From an uncultured Candidatus Saccharibacteria bacterium (GTDB lineage Bacteria; Patescibacteriota; Saccharimonadia; Saccharimonadales; 2-12-FULL-41-12): a stretch of 64,000 nucleotides of DNA. The stretch spans positions 56,507 to 120,506 of the forward strand of contig CAZNIK010000001.1 of the NCBI GenBank assembly GCA_964573095.1. Direction: 5' to 3'. Positions 10,328 through 20,412 of this stretch are shown piece after piece (position 1 is the stretch's first letter; each line of letters starts with the position of its first letter). Made by a program: the position numbers and the translations under genes. The notes under the pieces were generated by a model. It was not told the DNA's origin and made no database searches. It was given only the letters and a program-made list of their open reading frames with translations.

Positions 10328-10569
10328 CCCATACGCACCCACACCTCAATTGAAGCCACGTTCTCCAGTGTTCGTATTTTGTTTAGAATATTTGCAAATG
10401 ATATTTTTTGTAAGCCAGCCAGAGACTTATCGAGCCTGTCTTCATAAGCTACGCGGCCGGCCTAAGAAATAAATTCATATATAGCCAAGTTATGCGCATT
10501 AAGTTAAGCCCTATTAACTTCTACTCTTCTGTTTATTTACACTGCCACAGAGCTTTAGACTCAGCTCTG

Positions 10570-12342
10570 CTAACTTTTGTGGGCCACAGAGAGGCGTGAT
10601 AGTATTCCGATAATTTCGTTTACATTGGACTCAATAAAGCCGTTTTCTATGTTGTTCTCTTGTCCTAAATAAGGCTTTGTTTGGTCAAGCTCTACTGAAA
10701 TGAGGGGCTTTAAGTCTTCATCGGGCATAGAGGCGGGACGACCGGATATAGTTAATTGGTGTATACCATCATGGACTAGAATTTTGGCTGCAACCACAGC
10801 TGAGGCTTTGGTTTTTCCTATCTGTTCGTTTTCGAACTCCGATTGGTAGCCTGTATGTACCAGCGCTAGTCTGGCAATACGCCGCATTAGCACCTCGTCA
10901 CACTTACGGACTTCACCGAGTAAGCTGTTGAAACGCTCACCGACTTTTAGGGTTGAGAAAATGCGACGATCACTGGCTTCAAGTTTTTCTAAACGACTAA
11001 GTGCGAGATCTAACGGTGCTTCACCCTCGTAGGGATTATAGTCTTTATCTGGATAGTCAAAGAAATTATTAAGTCTTTGGCGCACTTCCCGCTCAAGAGC
11101 CACTCCGCCGTCCCCAGAACCCCACTGGTCGCGATATTGCTCGTGTTCGTGTAGTAAGCCGGCCTCATAGCAATACCTGGCAATTTGTTGGGCCATCTCA
11201 CCCAAGCTACTTCGGACGTAATCAGTCTTTTCTGGTGTCTCAATGTCTTTAACTTGCGGTCTTGCTATAAGGGCAAATAATAGCTCGCGCACGACCTGTT
11301 GATGCTGCTTGGTACTAAGTTTTAGGTCGTCGGCATACTCTAATCTCGAGAAATCGCGGGAAATCGTCGCAATTTGTGTCGCCAAACCAGTTCTAGTTTC
11401 GGCGAAGATATCCACACGGCGTGCCGCATCCTTGTCTGTAGAAGGATGGGCAGCAACTAGGGCAACTTGTCGGTTATCGGCCAGAATGGTTTTGGGAATG
11501 ATGGTTGCTGTGTCGTGCGAGCGGGGTGCCGATGAACCAGAGCCATCAACTATCGTAAGGTCTCTACGCTCCCAATCCGGGCCTTTTAATTTTAATTTAG
11601 CAAAAATTTTTCTTACTAATTGCTTCTCATGGGCTTGAGCAAGCGATTCATGGCGTAAGTCAACCTGTTGATTTAAAAATTCTTGAATGACATCATAGGC
11701 CGGTTTTCTTTCAGACTTGTTCTCATGAGAAAAGCCTTTAATTACACTTCTCATGGCCTCAATTAGTCCGTGTCGCGAGGACCCATCGTCAGCTGTGGTT
11801 ACATAGAAATTGTCGTCATACATTTCCTCGCCAAGTTGCACATAGCTGCACTGACCATTTTTACGACGCGCAAAACTTGCAATCGGCAATAAAGTATCGC
11901 TGCCGACTTTTATTGCTAGCATTGGATCACCGTCAAGAACGTGAATCGTGCTTTTGGCTTCTGTTTTGCGAGGGATAAGCTTTCGGAATGATTTTAGGAT
12001 GGTTTTAGCATTAGGATCTTCAACGATGTTGATTGACTGCGCCACCACCAGGCTGGTCGAACGACCATGCAAGTTAAGGCGGTGTTGTGAATCCTTAGCC
12101 TCCAGATCTTGGCAAACAATTTGTTGGGATAGTTCGCTATTTCCCACGATGTATTTATATTCTATCCATCGCAGGCTCTTTCCGTTGACGAAAGCGCCTT
12201 GCATTAACTCGTTTGCCTCTTTACTGAGGTCAGCTGCTGCAATGCTACAGTCTGAAAACTCCATGCTTAGAGCGCCGCCCAAAAGGCTGCGCTCTAGCTC
12301 ATGATTGGTTTTGAGTACTGGATCTTGCTCGCCGTGAATCAT
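10570..12342 (-). CDS. Hypothetical protein (590 aa), no domain recognised
   Basis: Long uninterrupted ORF with normal codon usage, 32 bp downstream of the sigma-r4/HARE-HTH gene on the same strand, so likely co-transcribed. Only weak, unverified motif resemblances were seen (DDGSS, DGSGSS, NPY). Confidence 0.6.
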   Translation of the reverse strand: MIHGEQDPVLKTNHELERSLLGGALSMEFSDCSIAAADLSKEANELMQGAFVNGKSLRWIEYKYIVGNSELSQQIVCQDLEAKDSQHRLNLHGRSTSLVVAQSINIVEDPNAKTILKSFRKLIPRKTEAKSTIHVLDGDPMLAIKVGSDTLLPIASFARRKNGQCSYVQLGEEMYDDNFYVTTADDGSSRHGLIEAMRSVIKGFSHENKSERKPAYDVIQEFLNQQVDLRHESLAQAHEKQLVRKIFAKLKLKGPDWERRDLTIVDGSGSSAPRSHDTATIIPKTILADNRQVALVAAHPSTDKDAARRVDIFAETRTGLATQIATISRDFSRLEYADDLKLSTKQHQQVVRELLFALIARPQVKDIETPEKTDYVRSSLGEMAQQIARYCYEAGLLHEHEQYRDQWGSGDGGVALEREVRQRLNNFFDYPDKDYNPYEGEAPLDLALSRLEKLEASDRRIFSTLKVGERFNSLLGEVRKCDEVLMRRIARLALVHTGYQSEFENEQIGKTKASAVVAAKILVHDGIHQLTISGRPASMPDEDLKPLISVELDQTKPYLGQENNIENGFIESNVNEIIGILSRLSVAHKS

Positions 12343-12374
12343 TTAGGGTAACTCCAGCAATACCTAATTAAGTG

Positions 12375-13400
12375 CTATTCGGCGAGAGCGTAGGTTGCTT
12401 TCGCGGTGCGCTGGAATTGGTCCTTCCCTTGCAGGTTGAGGAGAATAGTCGTTTCTTTTACGTAGCGACTTTTCAAAACTCGCTTTACAATCTCATCACG
12501 ATGCAGTGGTTCGCCGGCTTCTTTTAGAACATCAGAGATAATGTCGGCAACAGTACCTTTTTTGTAGCCCCATTCCTTTAGGGCGTAGATACCCCTACCG
12601 ATAAGCACAAAACGTTTGTCTTTAATTAGTTCGTTATGAATAGCTTGCGTCGTTACGTCCTTGCGCTTGAAATCGCTTTTTTTGATTGCATCTGCAATCT
12701 CATTAAAGTGCATATGCTTGCCGTTTTGCTGCAAAATTACATAAATCTTGTCGCGAATATTCTTTGGGTTGACGGTTGGCCATTTGATAAGCCCCCATTT
12801 ACCGTTTAGAGTCGCCAAGTTCTTAGATGTCGTAGAAAGCGCCTCTGTGTGCTTCGGGTCTTTGTGCCCCGCTTGGGTAGCTACGACGTCTGCGGTTGCG
12901 GGCTCTCCGATTGCTTTTATGGCGTCAATAATTGTACTGACAAGTTTATGGACTTTCTTTTCGTCGTGCACTGTGGCGATGGTGATTGATTGATGAAAAT
13001 GATCATTGTCCGAAATTACGGTAAGTTTTGGTGCGAGTTCTGCCACAAACGCCAGACGGGCTTGGTCTATCTTCGTGCTTGCTTCTTTCGTAAGCGTATT
13101 TGCGAGATTAGACACTCGAGCAATTTTTCCAGATTTCTCAAGCACCTCAATAACCGTCTTTTGAAATTGCTCAACTCCTTGCAGTTCACCTGCATCGGCG
13201 TGCGCCCGCAGACGAGCCATAACGGCTTTTTCTAATTGGCGCACTCGTTCTCGAGTAATTCCGAGAAGCTCCCCTATTTGCTCCAATGTTTCTTTTCGAT
13301 CATATAGACCATATCGACGTGCAACAATTTCGCGCTCTCTTTCGCGCTCTATAGTGCCCAGAATTTGCTTGATGAGTTGTTCGATTTCTTTCTTCGTCAT
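12375..13400 (-). CDS. Sigma-70 region 4 domain protein fused to tandem HARE-HTH winged-helix domains
   Basis: The N-terminus ERE..IVARRYGL...TLEQIGELLGITRERVRQLEKAVMARLR is a textbook sigma70 region 4. The C-terminal half has two repeats ending in F..IGRG.YALKEW and ATYALAE, typical of HARE-HTH (RNAP delta / restriction-enzyme HTH). The start was chosen at MTKKEIEQ; the ORF extends to 13442. Confidence 0.65.
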   Translation of the reverse strand: MTKKEIEQLIKQILGTIEREREREIVARRYGLYDRKETLEQIGELLGITRERVRQLEKAVMARLRAHADAGELQGVEQFQKTVIEVLEKSGKIARVSNLANTLTKEASTKIDQARLAFVAELAPKLTVISDNDHFHQSITIATVHDEKKVHKLVSTIIDAIKAIGEPATADVVATQAGHKDPKHTEALSTTSKNLATLNGKWGLIKWPTVNPKNIRDKIYVILQQNGKHMHFNEIADAIKKSDFKRKDVTTQAIHNELIKDKRFVLIGRGIYALKEWGYKKGTVADIISDVLKEAGEPLHRDEIVKRVLKSRYVKETTILLNLQGKDQFQRTAKATYALAE

Positions 13401-13681
13401 TCGCCGTATATGTTCCTTCTCTTCTCTGCCGGGGTAGCACAAAATGATTAACGTAAGTATTATTATATCACTTATATATAATCAAGTCAAATATATATAA
13501 TAATGAATGCTTGCCACCTTTGTCTCAAATAACCCCGTTAGTATATGAGTTTTTGTTAATTCACTTCCCTAGCAAAAACAGATTATTGCTGTTTTGTGAA
13601 CTTATTGTAACACGAAGTTTTGTATTGTGTCTAATTTATGCGTTAGCAGTTTGAAAAGCCCAGGAAATAGGTTGTAGTTAA

Positions 13682-15964
13682 CTATTTTTTGCGCCGTTGT
13701 AGTCTTTTTTTGCGGGCTGGCGCTTTAGAGAGCATTTCTCTGCATGCCTCCTCTGTTAAAGACTTGGGATCAACATCTTTAGGGATACGAGCATTTTTTG
13801 TTCCGTCACTGACATATGGCCCGTATGGCCCATTGATTATGGCGATGCCGCTGTCAAACTTTGCAATATACTTGTCCGCTTCTTTTGCTTGTTTTTCGGC
13901 ATAAAGCGTGCGAGCTTCTTGTTCGGATATTGTGAGAGGGTCACGTGGTTTTATAGAGACAAACATCGATTCAATCTGAATGTATGGTCCAAATCGACCA
14001 ATATTTGCCTTAATGTCCTTTCCGTCTTCGGTTTTACCAACCACACGGGGCAATTTGAACATTTCGAGCGCTTGCTCCAAAGTGACAGTCTTGATGGTAG
14101 CTCCTTCTGGCAATGGTGCAAATTGTGGCTTTTCTTCGTCCTCTGTTGAGCCCTTTTGTAGCATTGGCCCAAACTTACCATATCGCGCCACGATCGGCTT
14201 GCCGGTCTTTTCATCTGTCCCTAGCGATCGTGCTTTGGAAGTTTCTTCGCGGGTCACGTTGGCTGATTTTTCTATGAGGGGGTGGAAATCCTTATAGAAG
14301 TTTTTTATCATATCTTGCCAAGTGCCTTGCCCTTCTGCAATATGATCAAAACTCTCTTCGACCTTTGCCGTAAAGTCATAGTCTAGTATTGGGCCAAAAT
14401 GGGTGGTTAAAAAGTCGGTAGTAATGTCAGCGAGATGAGTTGGAATCAGTTTTGCTCGCTCAACCCCCGCTGTCTCGGTGGTGGTTTGCTCTTCAATTTT
14501 TTTGTCCCTCAGCACAAAGTTTTGAAGTTCTCTGGTAATACCTTCGCTATCAACCCTCTCAACATAGCCTCTGGTTTGGATAGTAGAAATAGTGGGGGCG
14601 TATGTGCTTGGACGTCCAATGCCCAGCTCTTCAAGTTTGCGCACCAGCGAAGCTTCAGAGAATCTAGCGGGTGGGCGATCAAAAGCTTGAACGGCTCGTA
14701 CATGGTCAAGCGGTAATCGGTCCCCCGCACTCACCTTAGGAAGTATCGTGTCTTCCTTGCCGCCGCCGTATACTTTTAGATAACCATCAAACACCAATAC
14801 TTCGCCCTTGCCAACAAATCGTTCCTCTCGAGTATTGATTTTGATGGTAACTTCAGTTCGTTCAATCTTTGCACTCGCCATTTGACTTGCCAGCGTTCGT
14901 CGCCATATTAGCTGATACAGCTTTCTTTGCAGTTCATCACTTCCAGCTTCTTTTTGATCAAAATTCGTTGGACGAATTGCTTCGTGGGCTTCTTGGGCAG
15001 CCGCATTTTTTGTTTTGTAGGTCCTTAGTTGATGGTAGTCCGCTCCAAAGGATTTCGTAATATAGATTTTTGCCCCATTTAATGAGGTAGTTGAAAGATT
15101 TGTGCTGTCGGTTCGCATATAGGTTATATGGCCTGTTTCGTAGAGGCGTTGGGCGAGCGTCATCGTTTGACGGACGCTGAACCCAAGCTTGGACGCTGCC
15201 TCCTGCTGCAAACTGCTCGTGGTGAATGGCGGGCTTGGATTGCGTACTGCCGGTTTACTCGCAACGTCGACAACTGAAAATTCGGCATCTTTTAGGTCGT
15301 CTAAAAATTTTTGGACTGTGGCGTGGTCGCTCAAAGGCTTTTGGAGCTCTGCTTTTAGTGTCGTGTCGTTGACGGTAAAATAGGCGCTAACTTTGAAATG
15401 TGAGCCAGCCGTAAATTGCTCGATTTCACGTTCTCTCTCTACTATTAGACGAACGGCAACAGACTGCACGCGCCCCGCGCTAAGGCCGGTTTGGACCTTT
15501 TTCCAGAGAACTGGCGACAGCTCGTAGCCAACGAGCCGATCAAGAACCCGTCGTGCTTGTTGGGCATCCACAAGGTTAATATCAACGGTTCTGGGGTTCT
15601 TAATTGATGCGTCAATTGCTGGCTTGGTTATTTCGTGAAACACAATGCGTTTGGTGGTTTTTGGATCAAGCCCGAGTGCCTCACACAGGTGCCAGGCAAT
15701 CGCCTCTCCTTCGCGGTCTTCATCACTTGCCAGCCAAACAGCTTCGGCTGCCTTGGCATCCCTTTTTAGCTGAGCAACAATCTTCTTTTTGTCGTCAGAT
15801 ATTTCATAGGAAGGCCTAAAGTCGTTCTCTTTGTCAATGGCGAGGCCTTTTTTTGGCAAATCACGAATGTGACCAAAACTACTTTTTACTGAAAAATTAC
15901 TTCCGAGATAGCGCTCGATAGTTTTGGCCTTAGCTGGGCTTTCAACGATGACTAGGTTCTTCAT
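13682..15964 (-). CDS. topA: DNA topoisomerase I
   Basis: 760 aa; TOPRIM N-terminus (MKNLVIVESPAKAKTIERYLG) and a C-terminal Lys-rich tail. Confidence 0.9.
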   Translation of the reverse strand: MKNLVIVESPAKAKTIERYLGSNFSVKSSFGHIRDLPKKGLAIDKENDFRPSYEISDDKKKIVAQLKRDAKAAEAVWLASDEDREGEAIAWHLCEALGLDPKTTKRIVFHEITKPAIDASIKNPRTVDINLVDAQQARRVLDRLVGYELSPVLWKKVQTGLSAGRVQSVAVRLIVEREREIEQFTAGSHFKVSAYFTVNDTTLKAELQKPLSDHATVQKFLDDLKDAEFSVVDVASKPAVRNPSPPFTTSSLQQEAASKLGFSVRQTMTLAQRLYETGHITYMRTDSTNLSTTSLNGAKIYITKSFGADYHQLRTYKTKNAAAQEAHEAIRPTNFDQKEAGSDELQRKLYQLIWRRTLASQMASAKIERTEVTIKINTREERFVGKGEVLVFDGYLKVYGGGKEDTILPKVSAGDRLPLDHVRAVQAFDRPPARFSEASLVRKLEELGIGRPSTYAPTISTIQTRGYVERVDSEGITRELQNFVLRDKKIEEQTTTETAGVERAKLIPTHLADITTDFLTTHFGPILDYDFTAKVEESFDHIAEGQGTWQDMIKNFYKDFHPLIEKSANVTREETSKARSLGTDEKTGKPIVARYGKFGPMLQKGSTEDEEKPQFAPLPEGATIKTVTLEQALEMFKLPRVVGKTEDGKDIKANIGRFGPYIQIESMFVSIKPRDPLTISEQEARTLYAEKQAKEADKYIAKFDSGIAIINGPYGPYVSDGTKNARIPKDVDPKSLTEEACREMLSKAPARKKRLQRRKK

Positions 15965-16041
15965 ATTATTATGTAAGTAATAACGCTTAGTATAGCGGTT
16001 ACAATTTCATACACTACGCGCTTTGTTGGAAGAAATCAAGT

Positions 16042-16899
16042 TTAGCGAATATACCAATTCCCGCCACGCGGCTGGACGACGCCCTTTATCTCGAGCAGTG
16101 TGAGTTGTGCTTGAAATTGCTCCGGTTTTAGGCCGCTTTTTTCAAGCAGTTCGTGGCTGCTGTGCGTGCCACGTCCTATCAAATCGAGGAGTTGTCTCTC
16201 TGTTTCGTTTTCTGGATAATATTCGTTCCCAAGACTGGTTTGCTCTATGTCCAGTTCGCGCAGGATATCATCGGCCGACAACACTGGAGCTGCGCCGTTT
16301 TGGATTAGCGTATTGGTTCCTTTGCTGGTTGCGCTGGTAATATCGCCTGGTACCGCCATTACTGTTATTCCAAGTTCAAGCGCAAATTGGGCCGTATGCA
16401 AGCTACCACTTTTTTCTGCTGCTTCAGTAATTACCAGCACGTCAGACAGTGCCGCAATCAGTCTGTTTCTCTCTATAAATTGGTGTTTTAGGCCTGGAGC
16501 ATCTTCGGGATACTCACTAATAAGTAGTCCGCCTCGTTCGATAATTTTCATTGCCAAGCCATAATGTGATGAGGGATAAATATTTCGTAGTCCAGTTGGC
16601 AAGACCGCAATCGTTTTTCCGTTTTGTTCTACCACCTCGCGGTGAGCAACGCTGTCTACCCCAAGGGCGAGTCCACTTACGATCGGTATGCCTCGCGCCG
16701 TAAGCGCCCTCGAAATAGAGCTTGTTACTTCCCTGCCGTAGTTACTTATTTTTCGTGAGCCCACTATACCGACAATTGGTTGGTGGTCCAGAAGCTGGAC
16801 ATTGCCAATTGCGTGTAACTTCTTTGGGCGCTGGTGAAGAGCAGCCAGCTTTTTTGGAAGCGGTGTTTCGGTAATGGTTATTATTTTATTAATTTGCAT
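16042..16899 (-). CDS. dprA: DNA processing protein DprA (Smf)
   Basis: 285 aa; Rossmann-like DprA core (GIVGSRKISNYGREVTSSISRALTARGIPIVSGLALGVDSVAHR). Confidence 0.85.
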   Translation of the reverse strand: MQINKIITITETPLPKKLAALHQRPKKLHAIGNVQLLDHQPIVGIVGSRKISNYGREVTSSISRALTARGIPIVSGLALGVDSVAHREVVEQNGKTIAVLPTGLRNIYPSSHYGLAMKIIERGGLLISEYPEDAPGLKHQFIERNRLIAALSDVLVITEAAEKSGSLHTAQFALELGITVMAVPGDITSATSKGTNTLIQNGAAPVLSADDILRELDIEQTSLGNEYYPENETERQLLDLIGRGTHSSHELLEKSGLKPEQFQAQLTLLEIKGVVQPRGGNWYIR

Positions 16900-16923
16900 T
16901 TAATACAAAAAAGTTAAATAGTC

Positions 16924-16952
16924 TTGACACAATGAAATATATTTGCTATTAT
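16924..16952 (+). promoter_or_regulatory. Near-consensus sigma70-type promoter (TTGACA-17-TATTAT)
   Basis: TTGACA at 16924-16929, a 17-nt spacer, TATTAT at 16947-16952. It fires into a roughly 340-nt region without a long ORF that ends at a strong hairpin/T-run. Confidence 0.45.
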
Positions 16953-17244
16953 TGCAATTCTGAAGAGTTCTATCTGATTTAGGACTTTTTGTACCTTCCA
17001 TACCCCAATGTTAGATTGTCCTAAAGCATGTGTTGCTGTTTGTCGCTTTTACCCTCCGCGACTTACAAGTATACCGACTTCAACTTAGATTGTAAGCTGT
17101 TTTAGGGCACACTAATCCCTTTGACCACTGTCGCCCTCCTCGTGTTTATTGAGTTGTAGGGTCTAAAGAACAGCGAAACGCCGGTGTTGTCTATGCTTTT
17201 TGCGAGAATAGATAACAACTTCAAGGTGGGTTGAAGGGTGTAAT

Positions 17245-17289
17245 GAGCCTCCAGCGGTGCCCACCCCCTCTGGAGGCTCTTCATTTTTA
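17245..17289 (+). terminator. Rho-independent terminator-like hairpin (10-bp stem GAGCCTCCAG/CTGGAGGCTC, 15-nt loop, then TTCATTTTT)
   Basis: A perfect 10-bp inverted repeat followed by a T-rich run, seen directly in the sequence. It lies just upstream of a TATAAT-like box for the next ORF. Confidence 0.45.
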
Positions 17290-17325
17290 GCTGTATAATG
17301 GCAAGGCTAAAGCGTACAAGTTGCT

Positions 17326-17604
17326 ATGGAGCTTATAGGAAACAGAGTCGAGTTTGACGATCAAGACTTTTTGCAGATTGGCATACGTGGTCCAATGCTG
17401 CTTCGTGAGGCTTGGAATGAATACGAGAGAACACTGGACGACATCAGTGACTTAAATATGAAGTTTCAAAATGAGTTTGATTACATGCCCGACGCGGAAC
17501 AAATGCAGCTTAGGATAGATCAAGCGCGGGCTGGAAGTCGGTTGGTCTGCATGCAAAGGCTTACGGCCGTCGCTTTGATGCGCGAAATTGAGTCTATAGG
17601 GTAA
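17326..17604 (+). CDS. Hypothetical protein (92 aa)
   Basis: ORF only; no recognised domain. Confidence 0.3.
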   Translation: MELIGNRVEFDDQDFLQIGIRGPMLLREAWNEYERTLDDISDLNMKFQNEFDYMPDAEQMQLRIDQARAGSRLVCMQRLTAVALMREIESIG

Positions 17605-18235
17605 ACGACCGTGTTTCCTCTTGAAGTTGCCCAGCGTTGTGGGCATATTCACTTAGTATCGAGTTTGCTTCAATAAGCAGTAATGGGATCATTGCTGTAT
17701 CTTTTTTGCCAAACGCAGCAAGTACAAAATCGGCACTATCTATGTGAGCCGACGAATTTGGTCCAATGCCAATCCTCAGTCGACCGAAATCATCACCACA
17801 GTGGGCGATGAGCGACTTTACTCCGTTGTGACCCGCACTTCCTCCGCCGATGCGAGTTCTAATGTGCCCGAAATGAATGTCTAGCTCGTCGTACACCACC
17901 AGCGTCGAGGAATTGGCAATTTTGTAAAATCTTTGAACTGCTTGCAGCGCCCTTCCACTCTCGTTCATGTAGGTCGTTGGTTTACATAAAATTACTCGAG
18001 TTGAGCCAATGGTTTTTGATGTAGTCACGCAAAACTGATCTTTCTTGCTAACCCACGGATCAAAACCATGTTTGGCCGCAAAAAAATCAATAATTTCAAA
18101 GCCAATATTGTGTCTAGTATTGTTATATTCTTTACCAATGTTTCCAAGGCCGACAATCAAGACGGTCTTGTTCATGCCAGTGGTATACAAAGGAGCGTTA
18201 TCACCGGTACTTGGCCGTTCTTGGAACAACCCCAT
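17594..18235 (-). CDS. pth: Peptidyl-tRNA hydrolase
   Basis: 213 aa with LIVGLGNIGKEYNNTRHNIGF at the N-terminus, canonical for Pth. Confidence 0.85.
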   Translation of the reverse strand: MGLFQERPSTGDNAPLYTTGMNKTVLIVGLGNIGKEYNNTRHNIGFEIIDFFAAKHGFDPWVSKKDQFCVTTSKTIGSTRVILCKPTTYMNESGRALQAVQRFYKIANSSTLVVYDELDIHFGHIRTRIGGGSAGHNGVKSLIAHCGDDFGRLRIGIGPNSSAHIDSADFVLAAFGKKDTAMIPLLLIEANSILSEYAHNAGQLQEETRSFTL

Positions 18236-18280
18236 TAATCACTGCCCCGAGAAGTGTTGTTTCGACAGCTATGCATTATT

Positions 18281-19663
18281 TTATTGTACCTCTTTTGTAG
18301 GCGAATGTCCGTGTCGATGGGCGGTGTGCTTTTCGATAAACCAAAGCTGGACCGGTGTGCCTTCAAAGCCATACTCTTCTCTCATGCGTCGCTCCATGTG
18401 TCGTTTGTAGCTCCAATGCAGAAATTTTGTATGGGAGCCAAACACCTTGAAGCTCGGAGTTGGGTTATCGTTTTCTTGAGTAATATAGTTCAGCTTTGGC
18501 GTGCGGTTCTTTAGGCCTGCGGGTGGGTGGCGGTCGGTAACCCGGCGGAGCCAGCGATTGAGCTCGGGGGTTTTAATGCGAATGCTGCGTTGATTCATGA
18601 TGTTCAGCACAATCTCAAATATTTTTGTGACATTTTGACCGGTGACGCTACTCGTAAAAATCAACGGTGCCCAAGGCACGAAGTCATAGTTGTTCGCGAT
18701 GGTAGGCGCAATGGCATCTCGAGTATAGGGGTTTTTGTCGGTAAGACTATCCCATTTGCTCACAACAAGTGCCAGCCCCTTGCCTGCCTCCTTCACAAGT
18801 CCTGCTATCTTTTGGTCCAGCTGCACATTGAGCTCGTTTACGTCCATCAGCAATAAACAGACATCTGCCTGTTCAATAGCTGCAAGCGAACGAATTACGC
18901 TAAATTTTTCAACCCCTCTTTCTATTTTTCCCGACCGACGTATACCGGCGGTATCGAGAAGTTCAACTTCCCGACCTTGATACTTCACAATCACCCGGTT
19001 TACATCTCGAGTAGTACCGGCCCTATCTGCAACGATGGCTTGCTGTTTTTTTGCGAGGGCATTAAAAAGCGCCGATTTGCCGACGTTTGGTCGACCAAGT
19101 ATTGCAATGCGGATTCGATCGTCATCTTCAACAATGGACGCTTGTGACAGAATGCGTGATAGATACTCGAGTATGTCATCAATTCCCTTTGACTGGGTGA
19201 CAGAAGTCGGGAAAATCGGTTTGATTCCAAGCTTTTGGAGGTGATCAAAAGGCTTGCCCCTCGCTTTGTCGGCCTTGTTTCCTACAAGAAGCACCGGCTT
19301 TTTTGAGCGAAGTGCCATTTTTGCAACTCGGCGGTCTTCTTCGTTGATTTGCAAGTACGCCTCAACCATGACAATGATCACGTCTGCACCGTCGACGGCC
19401 TGGGCTATTTGTTCTTGAATAGTAAATTCAAAATCGTCTTCGGGGTTTTTCATGCCGGCGGTGTCAACAATCCAGAAGTCGCGCGGTTTGCTATCAGTAA
19501 GTTCTGCGGGAAGACTCGCCTTTGCCATAATGCTGTCCCGGGTTGTCCCGGGTTCGTCAGCAATAATCGCTTCTCTTCGCTCTAATATCGCATTGAACAA
19601 GCTTGACTTGCCAACATTCGCCCGTCCGACGATAGCCACAATTGGAACTTTATTTTTTGCCAT
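18281..19663 (-). CDS. der: Ribosome-biogenesis GTPase Der (EngA)
   Basis: 460 aa with two tandem GTPase domains (GRANVGKSSLFN and GRPNVGKSALFN P-loops; DTAG motifs) and a C-terminal KH-like domain. Confidence 0.9.
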   Translation of the reverse strand: MAKNKVPIVAIVGRANVGKSSLFNAILERREAIIADEPGTTRDSIMAKASLPAELTDSKPRDFWIVDTAGMKNPEDDFEFTIQEQIAQAVDGADVIIVMVEAYLQINEEDRRVAKMALRSKKPVLLVGNKADKARGKPFDHLQKLGIKPIFPTSVTQSKGIDDILEYLSRILSQASIVEDDDRIRIAILGRPNVGKSALFNALAKKQQAIVADRAGTTRDVNRVIVKYQGREVELLDTAGIRRSGKIERGVEKFSVIRSLAAIEQADVCLLLMDVNELNVQLDQKIAGLVKEAGKGLALVVSKWDSLTDKNPYTRDAIAPTIANNYDFVPWAPLIFTSSVTGQNVTKIFEIVLNIMNQRSIRIKTPELNRWLRRVTDRHPPAGLKNRTPKLNYITQENDNPTPSFKVFGSHTKFLHWSYKRHMERRMREEYGFEGTPVQLWFIEKHTAHRHGHSPTKEVQ

Positions 19664-19715
19664 ACTACTGTAGTAATTATAGCATCAATCATTTAATCTT
19701 GCAAGATTTTACAGA

Positions 19716-20375
19716 TTAGAGGTTACGATACTGTCCACTTTTCAATGTACCGAGTGAGATGTTACTTACCTGCGTTCTGTGAAGATCGACAACTTGATAG
19801 CCGAGAGCTGAGAACGTGCGTCGAATTTGACGGTTCCTTCCCTCTGTAAGAGTGAGCTGAAGTCGCGTGCCAGAAGAATCTATTTTTTGGACCGCGAATA
19901 TGCTCGGCCCATCATCAAGCTGGACGCCTCGATTGCAAATCATTTTTTGGTCAGCTGGGTTAAGCGGCTTATCGAGCTTTACGAGATACACCTTCTGCTT
20001 TTGATAGCGGGGATGCGAAAGTCTGTTTGCGAGTTGCCCATCGTTTGTGAGCAAGAGCAGCCCCGACGTGTCTTTGTCTAGCCTACCAACCGGCTTTAGG
20101 TGCGACAGACTAGCTGGTAGCAGCTCGTAAATGGTTTTGTTGCCCTGTCGCCGTCTGCTGCACACATAGCCAGTGGGTTTGTTAAAAACAATTGTCTGAT
20201 GAGGTTTGTCGGCGTGCACTAGCTTGCCATCCAGGTGTACAATGTCGCCTTCGTGAACTATTTGCCCAAGGGAAGGTTTTGATTGGTTTACCCGTACCCG
20301 GCCTTGCTCTATGGCCGTATCCGCGGCTCTTCTGGATAAATCTGTGGCACGGGCGATAAATGTATTTAAGCGCAT
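19716..20375 (-). CDS. RsuA/RluB-family pseudouridine synthase (S4 domain + catalytic domain)
   Basis: 219 aa; N-terminal S4-like RLNTFIARA; catalytic VGRLDKDTSGLLLLTNDG motif. Confidence 0.75.
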   Translation of the reverse strand: MRLNTFIARATDLSRRAADTAIEQGRVRVNQSKPSLGQIVHEGDIVHLDGKLVHADKPHQTIVFNKPTGYVCSRRRQGNKTIYELLPASLSHLKPVGRLDKDTSGLLLLTNDGQLANRLSHPRYQKQKVYLVKLDKPLNPADQKMICNRGVQLDDGPSIFAVQKIDSSGTRLQLTLTEGRNRQIRRTFSALGYQVVDLHRTQVSNISLGTLKSGQYRNL

Positions 20376-20412
20376 CGGTTCTTGTGTGGTGTTGGACTAA
20401 TTCGCGGTAGTT

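Noticed and set aside
10570-12342. Calling the 590-aa protein a glutamine-synthetase/amide-ligase homologue
   Set aside because: It rests only on isolated short motifs (DDGSS, NPY, an R-rich stretch) in roughly the right order. The spacing and other GS motifs were not convincing, so it stays 'unknown'.
12748-13235. Two 81-aa plus-strand ORFs inside the sigma-r4/HARE-HTH gene
   Set aside because: They are antisense to a gene with clear domain signatures.
16960-17300. RNase P RNA, tmRNA or SRP RNA in the promoter-terminator bracketed region
   Set aside because: The size is about right for RNase P, but I could not find the conserved GGAAAGUCCGGGC / ACAGAAACCCGGCUUA (RNase P), tRNA-like GGUUCGAUUCC...CCA (tmRNA) or GGAAGCAGCC (SRP) blocks on either strand.
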